A stretch of 64,000 nt of DNA, taken from contig NC_135656.1 in the NCBI RefSeq assembly GCF_964188315.1, forward strand, positions 90,706,001-90,770,000, given 5' to 3'. The notes under the pieces were generated by a model. It had not been told where the DNA came from. It worked only from the letters and a program-made list of their open reading frames with translations, and searched no databases. Below, piece after piece: positions 63,027-64,000 of the stretch. Within the stretch, counting starts at the first letter, position 1. Each line of letters starts with the position of its first letter. Source of the DNA: Podarcis muralis (lineage: Eukaryota). The position numbers and the translations under genes were made by a program.

Positions 63027-64000
63027 GTAAATACATATGTATGGCATTTATACACTGCTTAAACCTAAGCATTTCTAAGTACTATGCATAAAAACAAACC
63101 ATAGAGAATAACACAATAAAAATTCATTCTAAAACTGGACAAAAACCAAACACATGATCTAAACTTGGGAGGTAAAAAATCTTTTCAGAGCTCTAGAAAC
63201 ATACACCCATAGCTTCCCACTACATTTGGAACATTCCAGTTTTCCACACCGACTATTGCTAGTATCAGAACAAAGATTAATGCTGTTGCAATATTAAATT
63301 ATGCAATAACAAGCATGTAATGAAGTATCCAAAAGAGGAAATGTTGCTTTCCACTACTCTAAGAGTGAGTGACTTCCACTACTCTCAGAGCACCATATAT
63401 AGCAGACTGCAACACCACCACACCCTAATCCCAAACAGTCCAGCAGTAATAGACTCCTGGAAGATGCAAGTGGCCAAATAATCAGAGTTCGAAATTAGCA
63501 GGGCACCAGGCATATTTTGCCCCTAAAGATTCTCCATTTGTGAGTACCTCAAAAAGTCCAGGTGCCATTTTTTGCACCTAGCTAACACTCACAAGATTAC
63601 TGAAATGTATGTGCTTTGAAGCCTCGAAGTATACGTTAAAGATAGACAATATGTTATGGAGTTTAACCATAAAGAGTACAGTGTTTTGAAAACTGAAGTA
63701 TGGTACCAATATTTTTATTGTAAACACCAAATTAAACATGTATTAACAATTTCTGATAAAACGTGATATTAATAATATGTCTCTTATATGAATTGCATAT
63801 TAGTTCATGCTTATAAAAATAATAAAAGTGTTGCTGCTCCCTACCCCCCCACCCCATGGTGACTAGACATTCTGTTTTGGCACCCACAACCCAGGTCCCA
63901 GAAGCCATTTGGCTCCTAGCTTTTCTATCCCAGTTTCCAACACTGCAAATAATACTTCCCTCCAGCTCTGTAGTCCCAAGGCTACTAGCAGTTGGCGCCA

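Overview
Vertebrate genomic DNA, most likely a lacertid lizard (Podarcis-like; inferred from Sauria/Squam SINEs, L2, CR1, BovB, Penelope and mariner/hAT MITEs). Two minus-strand host genes lie in the conserved ARL8B-EDEM1 order. EDEM1 is complete: 12 coding exons, 20620-39365, all GT-AG, phases consistent, 644 aa. ARL8B exons 2-7 lie at 49670-56092; exon 1 is beyond the window. The left edge holds a young Ty3/gypsy (sushi/PEG10-like) retrotransposon with an open pol and a G GGA AAC -1 frameshift signal, next to an older decayed gypsy. The top candidate novelty is a 662-bp non-autonomous hAT element at 44391-45052 (perfect 15-bp TIRs, perfect 8-bp TSD). Its interior is a CpG-rich segment that I recognise from memory as the 5' region and N-terminal coding part of RANBP9 exon 1, i.e. 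a possible Pack-type gene-capturing DNA transposon in a vertebrate. Also notable: a 122-bp tandem duplication giving EDEM1 exon 5 a second, stop-containing acceptor; a UPRE in the EDEM1 promoter; MITEs with shared ends but different cores; and a micro-inversion in an L2 3' end. Repeat-family names come from recalled consensus sequences, not database searches.
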